A stretch of DNA of 64,000 nucleotides. It comes from Eledone cirrhosa. Lineage: Eukaryota. The stretch's first letter is position 1. Each line of letters starts with the position of its first letter. Below are positions 15,246-27,058 of this stretch, in pieces. The position numbers and the translations under genes were made by a program. The notes under the pieces are model-generated. The model searched no databases. It was not told the origin of the DNA and saw only the letters and a list, made by a program, of their open reading frames with translations. The stretch spans positions 382,664,001 to 382,728,000 of the forward strand of contig OZ024741.1 of the NCBI GenBank assembly GCA_964016885.1, given 5' to 3'.

Positions 15246-15790
15246 AGTATGTATGTATGTATACGTACATACATATATTTATACAGACGTACAGTAGTAT
15301 GTATATATATACATACATGCACGCATATATATATGCACGTATCGGATTACCGAACATTTATTATAGTGCTCGGTTTGTTTGTAAACAAACAAACAGCCCG
15401 AATTATGCCGTACAGTGTCTAGGCAACCACGTCACCTTTTTGTTCAACACTAACACAGGAACGATGTACGAGTTTCAAGCCTATTAGCTATCGTCAGCAT
15501 CGTAAACCTTCCTGCCACATGGTTGAACGTCTGAAAGCATATTCCTTCCTTATTCATATCAACGGCTGAGCAGCCAAATTTGCATATCGAATGAGTCGAT
15601 CGGGCGCACCGAAAACGATAAATGGAATAGAATGAAACGAAATTTAATTTCTCACTCTGAGTACGGCAGTTACTTAAATGTAAGTATGTATGTATACGTA
15701 CATACATATGTGTATACAGACGTACAGTAGTATGTATATATACACATACATGCACACATATATATATGCACGTATCGGTTTACCGAATAT
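15242..15790 (-). mobile_element. Non-coding partial tandem (437-bp period) with minimal hammerhead; retrozyme-like or non-autonomous PLE
   Basis: ~110-bp direct repeats starting at 15242 and 15679 bracket a hammerhead; no credible ORF. Confidence 0.6.
15461..15503 (-). ncRNA. Minimal type I hammerhead ribozyme
   Basis: Minus strand: ACGATG-CTGACGA-T-AGCT-AATA-GGCT-T-GAAAC-TC-GTA-CATCGT; perfect 6-bp stem I. Confidence 0.8.
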
Positions 15791-18112
15791 ATATATATAT
15801 ATATATACACTTATACAGGACAGTACATATATATTACCGTAAAACTAATCGGTGCATCATTAATGAAATCAACGATGCTGGGTTTAAAATCACCTCTGAT
15901 CTAAACATCCTGGACCGGACCGAACCTCTGGACGCTATTTCTCCCCACTTTACCCTCAAGGATCACAAATTCAATTTTCTGAACAAGCCCTCTATTCGGC
16001 TTATTAACCCTACGAAGTCCGATTTAGGTAGACTTAGTAAAAGGATTCTTGATAGAAGTATACCTGAAATTAGAAGTTTGGCCCCTCTTGCACTGTGGAA
16101 CAATTCTTTAGCGGTGATTGATTGGTTCAATGGCATATGCAACAAGGAACATTGCCGTTTTATCCAATTCGACATCAATAATTACTCCTCCTCCATCACT
16201 TTACCACTTCTCCTTAGAGCTACCAATTTCGCTAAAACACTTACAGTGGATACGGATTTCGAAATTGATGTCATCCTCAATGCCCGTACGTCGGTGATTA
16301 ATTTCGACGACTCTATTTGGATTAAAAAATCTAATAGTACCCCATTCGACGTGAGTATGGGCGCCAGCGATTCTGCGGAGGTTACTGATCTTATCGACCT
16401 TTTCCTTCTTTTCTCTATAAAGGACGATTTCCCCAACGTGGGCGGTGGTTTGTCCGTGATGATGGTCTTTTGACCATGACTAAGTGCGGCCCACGTGCTT
16501 GCGACAGGTTCAGAAAAGAACTCACAGCCTTCTTTAAAGGCTTCAACCTCTCTATACAGGTTGAGGCCAACCTCTCGGTCGTTAATTATCTCAACGTTAC
16601 CCTCGATTTATCGAATGGCTTGTATTACCCGTATAGAAAGCCGAATGATACGCTTAATTACATAAGTAAGCTATCTAACCATCCTGCCAGCAGAACCAAG
16701 AACCTGGTAAGAAACCTTTCTTTGAGGCTTTGCGTCTATCTACTAACGAGCATATTTTCAACGACCATTCCACATATTACAATGGAGCTCTTGCTCAGAG
16801 TGGATTTGTCGATAAGGTAGCCTATAGAGAGTACGGGAAGAGACCTAGAAGAAATAGATCCCGAGGCATTATAAGGTATAACCCACCATATAATATGGAG
16901 GTGGCCACACCATTAGCTAAGATCTTTCTCTCCCTTATTACGAAGCATTTTCCCCCTACACATAAATATAGTAAAAGTTTTAATAGAAATACTATTAAAA
17001 TGTCTTACTCTACGACTCCTAACCTTGCACATAACATCACAGCTTCAAATTTAGCTAAACTACCTAGCCGTAGGAACACGTGCAACCCTGTAGTTAGTAC
17101 TAACTGTAATTGTAGGAATCGGGTTGACTGCCCCCTATCAGGGAAATGCCTCTCTAGTAACATTGTCTACAAATGTAAGGTTGAAACACCCACGTCCCGT
17201 AGGGACTACATAGTGTTAACCGCCAATAGATTCAAGCAGCGTCTTTACATGCATACCCATTCTTTTCGTTACCCTGTAAGAAGGAATATGACGTCGCTTT
17301 CAGCTTATATCTGGAGTCTAAAAGACAACCACACCCAATATAAGTTACACTGGGACATCCTAGCTAGGGATAGATTGTATAACGGAAATAAAAGACCATG
17401 TGACCCCTGCGCCGCAGAGGCCCTGAAAATACTCTACGCCACAGACGACATCTTAAACAAAAAAACTGAGGCAGTTTCGGCTTGTAGACATAAATTGCAC
17501 AAAACTTTCCTATATTACAGCCCCACATTATACCCTAACCGATAGTACGATCTATACGCGGATATTTTACGTCTTGATGTGGTAGCTAAGTATATGTTAT
17601 GTTTATACCATTACTTATTTGTATAGGTATGTATATATTACCTGTATGTTTTGTGAAGGTACGTATACTTTCTCGTACGTATATTATGTTATGGCGCATA
17701 TTTTATAAATTCTGGTACATATGCTTTTGGTTATGTGTATACCTGAGTTTTGCATCTGTGTGAGTTTGCGGGTTCGTACGTATGTAGGGTGTGTGTATAT
17801 GTGAACTTCGTGTTTTGGTTGACATACGTCTCCAAACATATGTGTATTTACATGTAGATATGTGCGTGCGTTTGTTATATACGTATTTATTTATATACGT
17901 TTATTTAATTATTTGTATACACGTACACACACAGACACACATATTTATATGTGTGAGTATTTGTATACCTATGGCGAGTGTTTTCGCGTATGCTTTTGTA
18001 TGTACATATATGGATGCGTGTATGTATTTATTTAACTCCAATTACCTCTGTATTTTATTTACTTTAGTCTTAACTCTGAAGCCGAGAATCATTCGGTTTC
18101 CTAGTTAGAATT

Positions 18113-18381
18113 TTAGTCTACGACTTCAGTTATACCATTTACGTAGTTTTCTCTTTGCGTGCAATTGTTCTCCACGCTCCACATATGACGTATTATCTTC
18201 GTTTTTTCCGTTCATAGTCAGAGAACGTCTCTATGAACCACCTAATAGAATATTAGTCTACGACTTCTTTAATACCATAAACGTGGTTTTGTCTTTGCGT
18301 GTAATTGTTTTTCACCGCTCCAAATAATAACGTATTATATTCGTTTTTCCCGTTCTTTGACAGGGAATGTTTCCACGAACC
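18113..18381. repeat. Diverged ~139-bp tandem duplication in PLE 3' UTR
   Basis: TTAGTCTACGACTTC..ACGTATTAT..GAACCA occurs at ~18113 and ~18252. Confidence 0.8.
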
Positions 18382-18465
18382 AAAGTATCGTCTTCCTGTC
18401 TTCCTCCGGTTGCAACGTTTTTTGAAATATTCACTTCCGTGTTCACAGATTGACTTTGATAGTTT

Positions 18466-18497
18466 CAGAAGATCCCGTTAAGGGTGAAAGCAGCGAT
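18466..18497 (+). ncRNA. Degenerate minimal hammerhead-like motif near PLE 3' end
   Basis: CAGAAGA-T-CCC-GTTAA-GGG-T-GAAA-GCAGC; core mismatch and no good stem I, but in the expected position. Confidence 0.35.
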
Positions 18498-18633
18498 TTT
18501 TTACTTAAACTTTAATATGTTATTTTAATAAATATTTGCTCTATGGTTCTTATATTTGATATATATTTACCCTTATCGAGCCCTCTTTGGATTTTAGTCT
18601 TCTAATTTATTACTATATATCATTATCTATAAA

Positions 18634-18740
18634 ATCCCGCCGAGGTTGACTTTGCCTTTCATCCTTATGGGGTCGATAAAATAAAGTACCAGTAATGAAC
18701 TGGGTTATTTGCTGGCCTTGTGCCTAAAGTAGAAACAATT
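18634..18740 (+). mobile_element. 5'-truncated Nin/Deu-domain SINE
   Basis: GCCTTTCATCCTTATGGGGTCGATAAAATAAAGTACCAG core plus GGCCTTGTGCCTAAAGTAGAAAC tail; flanking ATTATCTA(T/G)AAAA duplication. Confidence 0.8.
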
Positions 18741-19032
18741 ATCTAGAAAAGTCAGATTGTTGTTGTTGTGTGTGCACATGTTCCATGTTTATACATTTGC
18801 ACAATTTCGACTCAACGTCTGTAGGAATGTTGTAAATGGTCTGACTTAGGTCACCGATTATTTATTTCACTCAAACTCACCCAACATTATGGAAATAATC
18901 GATAAAACTAAATACTTGACGCTTTACCCCTCTAATAGAATCTGCCAACCTCTCTCTACTCCTCTTCAAATTCGATAAAACTACATACATGCTTACAAAC
19001 TTCCTTTAGGAACGCCGAAGAGAGAGAAGAGA

Positions 19033-19117
<85 letters not shown>

Positions 19118-19882
19118 TTTGTTTTTGAGTGTGGAACGGTCAAACATTTATTTACTTCAATGACAAAGAGAAATTATTACATTTCATACGAAACGACAAT
19201 TATTCAAAAGCAACAGATACATTTATTCAACAACAAAAATAGCGATAAATCTTTTTTAAAACCTCTCAACGAACGTTGAAGAAAGAAGTATCAGTTTATT
19301 TACTATACACAATAATATCCTCTATGAGGTCACTAAACCTGCTAGAAACAGCAGCTAACTCTCCCCCATATCACACCCCTCCCTACTGTCTTACATTTAG
19401 AAAACATATCCTCTATGAGGTCACTAAACCTGCTAGAAACATCAGCTAACTCTCCCCCATATCACACCACTCCCTACTGTCTTAAATTTAGAAAACATAA
19501 CCTCTATGAGGTCACTAAACCTGCTAGAAAAAGCAGCTAACTCTCCTCCATATCACACCCCTCCATACTGTCTTAAATTTAGAAAACACACATTAGACAA
19601 CCATGCAGAACAACTCCATCGCCGCTCTGTTGTTCGGCTGGCATCGTCTACGCGCGTGTTGCGCAAGTACTGTGAAACAATAAATTTCAACACTTCTTTG
19701 CACAGAAATAATATCCATAGGTGAAACTACAATTGTCACTGCTGGCGCAGCCGCTGCTTCGGCAGTCCAGGTCTGTAATTCATTCACCCAGTGCCTGGCA
19801 GACAAAAAAGTGCTGCCATAAAATGGTGCAACCTAGCTTTGGTAATTTACTGACCCCGAGCAACGCCGGGCTTTAATGCTAG
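18741..19882 (+). mobile_element. Probable non-autonomous Helitron
   Basis: 3' hairpin CCCGAGCAACGCCGGG (19855-19870) followed by CTAG|T at 19879-19883; candidate 5' A|TCTA..AAAA start is uncertain; contains (GA)n and a 91-bp triplication. Confidence 0.5.
19317..19588. repeat. Tandem repeat, 3 x 91 bp
   Basis: CCTCTATGAGGTCACTAAACCTGCTAGAAA..CTACTGTCTT..TTTAGAAAACA units at 19317, 19408, 19499. Confidence 0.92.
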
Positions 19883-20717
19883 TATATATATATAGGGGAG
19901 GGTATGAGTAAGTGCATCGTCGTACAATTGCGTAGGCCAGCTGTTATACTTTATCACATTACTGAACTGAATTTTCTCTCCTCTTAATGCTTATCTGTTA
20001 CTGGCTATAAACCAATAATTCCAAGTATTGTTTTTTTTAAACTTAATAAAATTATCATTAAGAATAGCAACGTTGATAAGCTACCGCCAATATGATTATA
20101 TTCAAAATATATGGTTTGACATTAAGTAAAGAGTGTGCAGTTAAATGCAGCGGAAGAAATAATTATATTTGTTGCTCTATGTTATGAATTTAAAGTTATT
20201 TTACACTATTGTTTATAGATGTCGAAGTTTTAATTTTGCCTTTAAGATGATCAAAGATCTATTTGGACATCGAAGATATTCCAATTTATATTATCGTATA
20301 TGATGTTGAGCCAAAGACAATTTTTATTTCCGTTTCCGAATATTCCTTGCTTACAAGCTTAGCTTAATAGCAAAGATTAACTCATTTTAGACGCTGTTGT
20401 AATTATTTCCCCAACAGTTACAAGCAAATTCCTATGGCATCTCTAAATTCCCCTCGGTATTCAAGCCGTCTTATTATAATTTTATTAATTCGATTTTGTG
20501 TGGGAGTGGATTGCGATAAACTTTTCATTTATTATCTGTGGTGGTTTTTCTTACTTTCTATATAATCGGCGGTATGTGTCACACTGTATACAGTGATTGC
20601 TCGGTGTGCAATATAATGCATCTATTTTATAACTCTGCGTGATATATTTTGTTACTCAGAGATAATCTTGCATGGTATATGTCGTGTAAGATGTTTTAAT
20701 TATATTCATATTGCATA

Positions 20718-20900
20718 GTGTGTTTGTGTGTGTGTGTGTATGTGTGTGTGTGCGTGTGTGCGTGTGTGCGTGTGCGTGTGTGTGTGCGTATGCATGTGTG
20801 TGTGTGTATGTGTGTGTGTGTGTGCGTGCGTGTGTGTGTGTATGTGTGTGTGTGTGTTTGTATGTGTGTGTGTGTATGTGTGTGTGTATGTGTGTGTGCA
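20718..20900. repeat. (TG)n microsatellite
   Basis: Direct inspection; similar tracts at ~13539-13640 and ~63567-63724. Confidence 0.95.
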
Positions 20901-21176
20901 GGCTGTGAACATTGTGCTCTTCGTGGTTTGCTATTGAATCAACAATATATTTCAAAGGATTTGGCGGTTTCTCGCGTAGGGTTAATATTTGAAGAGTGTT
21001 TAACATATAATGTTTGTGATTGATTGTGTTGAGATATTCATCAAGGACTTGTTTGGTTTTGCTTTAAGCACGGATATTATGAACCATTGTTGACTTTCAC
21101 TCTAGCTTATTTCTTCCCTGTTGCGCCGTCCGGAATCTTTGGTTGTTGAGTGATTTAAACATCATTATAATTTGAG

Positions 21177-21371
21177 GGCGGTGAATTGGCAGTATCGGTA
21201 GAGGGTTGGACGCCATGCTTTGATGCATAGAGTTACGGCCCTTGCCATTCTGAGTTCAAATGCCGCATAGGTTAACTTTGCTTTTCATCCTTACGGGGTC
21301 GATAAAATAAAGTACCAGTAATGCACTGGAATAATTGCTGGACTTGTGCCAAAAGTAGAAACAATTATAAT
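21177..21371 (+). mobile_element. Full-length tRNA-derived SINE with Nin/Deu-type core
   Basis: A-box-like TGGCAGTATCGG, B-box-like GAGTTCAAATGCC, core TTTCATCCTTACGGGGTCGATAAAATAAAGTACCAG, tail CTTGTGCCAAAAGTAGAAAC. Confidence 0.85.
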
Positions 21372-21868
21372 TTGTAATTTTCTTTGTATATTACTTCTTG
21401 TTTCATAACCCTTTTTCTTTCGTTATATTGCTATCAAAATCCCGTATTCAAGTGTAATTAGCTTCTGGGTTGCAGTTTAGCTTTTTCTTTCTTTTTGGAC
21501 GGTATTTTATCCATTGTGAATATTTTCAGTTTATACTTATGTTTATTAATTGTTTATAGCAATGGTACACTCTCATCTAATGCATTAGTCAAAACGTGAG
21601 TTAACAACAAAGTAAATACAGAATGCTTTTCCCTTAATCCTGTTAATGAAGGCAAAAAAATAAAAGGATTGCTGGAAAATATTTCGCTTACTAAATTTGA
21701 TATATTCGATCATATTGACACCAGTATTTATATTTCAAGAATAGTAATTATCTGATCGATCTGTCTTTTGTCGAAACACTAGGTTAAGGGACATAAGCAA
21801 AGACAAAGATACGCACATTAACATAGACATACACATACATGCACACATAAGCACACATACACACACAA

Positions 21869-21915
<47 letters not shown>

Positions 21916-22074
21916 AATAATCAATGTGATTGTGAGTGTAAACATTTTTATTATTTATATAAGAAACGAAAACGTAAAAAAAGACAAAGAAACATATATA
22001 TATAAACAATAAAGAAACATATATATATATATATAAACAATAAAGAAACATATATATATATATATATATATATA

Positions 22075-25000
22075 AACAATAAAAATAAAAATTCAAACAT
22101 GAAAAGTTCCCCAATAGGGGCGAAAACTCAGAGGGTTACTCGTGGCGAAAACCACAAAAAAGACCACGTCCAGCCTGACCACCACGGCAAGCGACCTCTC
22201 TCAATTTTTCCATTCCTCAAACTACAAGCGTATATTCAGAGCGGTCCCGTTCAATCGGACCATTCACCCACTTTTCAACAAACTTGCTAGAAGACAACAC
22301 TTTCCTCTCCACCCTGATTTTCCTCTTGAAGTGAAACTTGAAAAAGTTCATCAGGGATTCGTCGAAGAGGAAAGTTTCTGTCTTTAACCCTTTCAACCTT
22401 GTCCACCACATAATCTCTTTCGGCATGGCCACCAGGCAGATGAAAACCGCCTTCCCTTGCTCCTCGAAGGAAGGAGTGAGACCATCTGCACAATGGACTC
22501 AGTTGATAACCGGATCAGTCCTACACGTGACAGCAACTGTTCGACATAGCTCCACAAGTCAGCAATGCTCGGGCACTGAACGAGTGCGTGCACGACGGTG
22601 TCGTCGCTCTGCGCGCATCTCGGACGGGCTCGGCTGACGGCACTTCCGTGCCTGTAGAGCTAATTTCGAACTGGCAACGCTCCCCGATAGCACTGCCAGG
22701 ACAGGGATTTGGGGAAGTTATCCATAGGCCCTGGGCTGGAAATTCGCCGCAAGAGAGCAAACAGCTGATTTTCTTCGGCGCCCAGGATCTCTCCGAGAAC
22801 GTCATCGCTCTTCCCCTCCACTATTCCTCTATAGATCGCTGAGGGGGATGTTCCACCGATACTGGTGCCTAGTTGGCAGAGGGCAGTGAGCGCCTGGAGA
22901 CATTCCCGTTTCCAAGCGCTATCCCTCGGTCTTTTCCTGACCCAGGACTGCAGTTCCGTCAAGGAGACGAGATGTGGGAAAACGTGCCTGACGAACGGCA
23001 CCCCCACCTGTTCACCTTGAAGGAAGCACCAGAGATGTCGCAACCATGGCATGCCCAGTCCTACATGCAACGGGTGTTGCCAGCAGATAGATAGCCTGAT
23101 CATGGGAGCGCGTCCCTTCCACAAAAAGCGGAAGAGGAGACGCTCCATTTTGTTGAGAGTTGGGTCGGGGCAAGAGACGACGGTGAGGCGGTAGCAGATG
23201 ACGTATTCGATGTACGCATTCGCCAGCTCCTCCCGGCCATTCAGTGACAGCTTCCTATCGGCCCATTTCTGGGAGATGGAGGCCAACTTGCTCGTCACCT
23301 GGCTCGAGTTTTTCTCCATCTGGAGGCCTTGGTCCGAATCAGATGCCGAGCAATTTAACCGTCCGTCCGTCAAACGCCCCAAGCCGCTGTCAAACGGCAT
23401 GGACATGCCTCTCCAGGTGCGGAGCTGCAAGCGCACCGAATTTTCCTGGTTTATCTTTGCTCCTGTCACCGCTTCGTATTCCTTGAGAGCGGTGCCTAGC
23501 ATCTGGACGTGTCTGGTGCTCCACACCACGACGGTGGATTTTCCGCATACTAGTTCGCGTGGTACAACCCCTATTTCCTCCACATTGTGCAGTAATGGCT
23601 CGAGAACCAATACGTACAAGAGGGACGTGAGGGGACAACCCTGGCAGACCGAGCGCATGATGTTGAACGGCTGCGACAGGTGACCGTTCACCCTCACAAC
23701 TGAGTAGATGTCGCTGTACATCGCAGCGATCCAACCCCTGAAAACGGGCCCGAAACCGGCTGCCTGTAGGACCGCCGCAGGGTACCGATGGTCGACCCTA
23801 TCGAATGCTTTGGATTGATCCCAGTTGATCAGGCCCCCACCCGTGCCAGGTTCCTTAACTGCCCTCTCTACGATCTATCGCATGAGGTGGAGGTTGTCGT
23901 GTATGGATCTGTCCGGAATGGCGCATATCTGCGCCTCTCCCACCAGAGCCTCGACGACTAGCACCAACCTCGTTACTAACACCTTGGCTAAAATATTGAA
24001 CTCTGCGTAAAGCAGAGTTATGGTCCTGAAGTTAACGATAAAATCCCCCTTGTTCGGGTCTTTTCTCAGCAGCGCCACTACTCCCCGGCTCACAAAACTG
24101 GGAATGCTCCCGTTCTGCTGCCAGTTGCAGTAGACGCCTGCGAAGATGTCACCGAATAACTCTGGCATAAATGCATAAATCTCGTAGGGCAGACCATCCA
24201 AACCGGGCGATTTACCCCTCGTACAGTTAGCCATCGCTTCCCGTATTTCACCAGCTGTTATTGGCGTTTCGCAACACTGTGAGCGGTCGTCGGGAGCCGA
24301 GGCAGTCCGTTGAGGTATGCACTGAAGTCCATACCCCGATCCGGCCCGCCGCCGTTCCCGAACAATTCAGCAAAGTGCTGCTGAAAAGCCTCACACATCT
24401 GCTCCAGTTCGAGCAACACGCACCCTTTTTGGTCAGACAAAGGCCGATTGTGGCTTTAGTGCCATGTCGCGTCTCTGCCACTAGGGCCTATTGGACGGTT
24501 TTCGTCCCCTCGTGTTTTAGAGAACTTGCTCTAGCTCTGATAGCGCAAACCTCGTGTTTTTTGTTGAAGAATGGGTCGAGTGAAAATCTCGCAGCAAGCA
24601 CTCGGTTGCAATGCCTGTCCTAAACGCCTCTTCTAGCTTTCTGACTAGCTGTCCCTCTACTCTATGTTCCGCTATCACTACTTCTTTGCTAAACCTAATC
24701 GACTTTAATTGCCCTTTTCAGGGCAAACCACCACTTGCTGTTGTCGACCGCACCCGTCAACGCCCACTTAACTAATGCGCTAATCCGTACTCTGTAGGCT
24801 TTGCGCGCCGGGAAAGGCACGTTCAGCTTCCAGTAACCGAGTCCTTGTCTATGAAGTCTGTCTATGTCGATCTCACAGACCACAAATGTGTGCTCTGTGT
24901 AGTCGACTATTTTAAATTGTGGGCAACCTATACTAGCCTTATCTAGTTCCCTGCAGAATACCCTATCTAGATACGATCTGGATGACCCGATACGGTTTGT

Positions 25001-25846
25001 CCATGTCCACATTGACACATTCGGATAATCCAGTCAATACCTGTCAGACAGTTCAAAACGTCTGAGCAGGTTGGTGAGGCTCTTGTACCCTCCTCGCCTA
25101 TCCACCAGCCTCACACAATTCCACCGTGCATCCAAGATACCGTTCCAGTCGCCCATTAACACTAAAGAGCGGGACGTTCCCAGAAAGGTCTCTCGACGTC
25201 TGTAGAACTCTGGCCGCCCTGTTCCTGTCGGGGCATAGACGGCTACTAGCCTGAAAGCGTTGCTTTCGGTGCCGTTCACGTCCAGCACCACCGACTTACC
25301 TTCTGTGTCCAGGAAGATGGACCGTATGGCGAGACCCAAGCCTTTCCGAAACAATAAAGCCACTTCGACCCCCGCTCCCGGACGGCTCGGAGATGCATAT
25401 ACCTCGTAACCTTCGAAGATCGGTGCGAAAGCTTGCAATTTGGAGATTCTCGTCTCGCTGATGGCCACCGCATCTATGTTTAGTGACCTGAGGTCGTTAA
25501 GCAAGTGACCCTGCTTCCAAACCGAGGTCAAGCCACGCACGTTTACACTTCCGATCCTGAATACGGCCATGTTGGGTGAGGAACGGGGCAAGTGACAAAG
25601 GATCACTTACCTTGATCGTCTGGTGAAGGCACCGTTGAACCGTCCCTTCGGCTGGTCGTCGGCTCTTCTGCGAGTATATCCGAGTATACTCTCCGGTTGA
25701 GTGTCCCTCCGAGGTCTCTCAAATCACAAACTGCGTTGGGGAATTTCATTTTAATGTTAGTGTATTGTTTATGTGATATGCTTACCAGTCTTATGTTCGT
25801 TGGTGTTTTGATTGGTGCTGGTATTATGTAGTCCGAACAGACCGAT
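22075..25846 (-). mobile_element. Tx1/L1-clade LINE, degenerate, truncated within ORF1
   Basis: APE (SVNVRGL, AISET, VYAP, GDWN, YLDR) 25570-24695; RT (KSPGLDGL, RSVCQGCPL) 24234-22660; C-terminal ZnF region to stop at 22217. Confidence 0.92.
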
Positions 25847-25879
25847 ATTAATAATAATAATAATAATTATTATTATTAT

Positions 25880-25968
25880 TAGATTGAGCACGGTTTCGTT
25901 GCTACCATTAATTTCAAATCCGCATGTAGCTTAGCATTAAAATGTGCATTTTCTCTTCCGCTTGCCAT
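25880..25968. repeat. Short dispersed repeat adjoining (ATT)n; homologue at ~41698-41790
   Basis: Shared TTGCTACCATTAATTT..GTAGCTTAG..TTCTCTTCCGCTTGC. Confidence 0.65.
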
Positions 25969-25974
25969 TATTGC

Positions 25975-27050
25975 AAAAAATGGAGACAATGAGGGGCGTC
26001 CCACGCGAACTAGGATAGGGGAAATCCGAGTCAGCTTACGCCGACGACGCCATCTTGGTAGTGTCTAGCACCAGACACGTCCAGATGTTCGACACCGCTC
26101 TCAAGGAATACGAAGCGGTGACAGGAGCAAAGATAAACCAGGAAAAGTCGGGCTTGCAACTCAGCACCTGGAGTGGCAAATCCATGCCATCCAACAGGGT
26201 CGTTGGGCGCTTGGCGGACGGACGGGTTAAATTACTCAAGGTCTGGTTCGGACCGGACCTCTAGATGGAGAAAAACTGGAGTGAGGTGACGAGCAGGGTA
26301 GCCTCCCTCACCCATATGGAGCGAGAGGAAGCTGTCCCCGAAAGGCAGAGTGGAGGTGGCGAATACGTACATCGCATCCGTCATCTGCTACCGCCTCACC
26401 GTTGTCCCTTGCTCCAGCCCAACTCTCACCAAAATGGAGCGGCTCCTCTTCCGCTTTTTGTGGGAGGGACGCGCTCCCATGGTTAGACGATCCATCTGCT
26501 GTCAACACCCATTGCGAGGAGGACTGGGCATGCCATGGCTGATGATGCGCAAACTTACGCTGAGGCTGCGACATTACTGGTGCTTCCTTGACGGTGAACA
26601 GGTGTGGTCGCCGTTCACCAGGCACATTTTCCCACAGCACGTCTCCTTGACGGAATTGAGGTCCTGGGTCAGGAAAAGACCGAAGGATAGCGCTTGCAAA
26701 TGGTCTCGCCGTCTTCCTTCGAGCAGGAAGGGAAGGCGGTTTTCATCTGCCTGGTGGCCATGCCGAAAGAGATTGTATGGTGGACAAGAGTCCCTCTTCG
26801 GCGAATCCCTGATTAACTTTTTCAAGTTTCACTTGAAGAGGAAAATCAGGGTGGAGAGGCAAATGCTGTCTTTGCAAGTTTCTTGAAAGGTGGTGAATAA
26901 AGCGAGAATGGTCGAGTGAACGGGACCGCTCTGAATATAACCTTGTAGTTTGAGGAATGGAAACATTGAGAGAGGGCGCTTGCCCTGGTGGTCAGGGTGG
27001 ACGTGGTCTTTTGTGAGGTTTACGCCACGAGTGACCCTCATTTTATTGTT
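25975..27050 (+). mobile_element. Tx1-like LINE 3' fragment with internal deletion
   Basis: AYADDA..EYEAVTGAKINQEKS..RGGLGMPWL, jump near 26700 to the C-terminus and 3' UTR. Confidence 0.88.
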
Positions 27051-27058
27051 TACATATA

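Larger units (their letters stand above)
15835..18612 (+). mobile_element. 5'-truncated, frameshifted Penelope-like element (Naiad-type), second family
   Basis: ORFs 15766..16473, 16470..16820 and 16730..17545 join into RT (TLKDHK, RLINPTKSDLG, QFDI, MGA, frameshifted RDDG) plus CNCR..CPL..CL and GIY-YIG, collinear with the 645-aa protein. Confidence 0.92.

Noticed and set aside
19317-19588. CRISPR-like array
   Set aside because: Contiguous units with no unique spacers; eukaryotic context
21177-21270. tRNA gene
   Set aside because: A/B boxes continue into a repeated SINE core and tail; no cloverleaf
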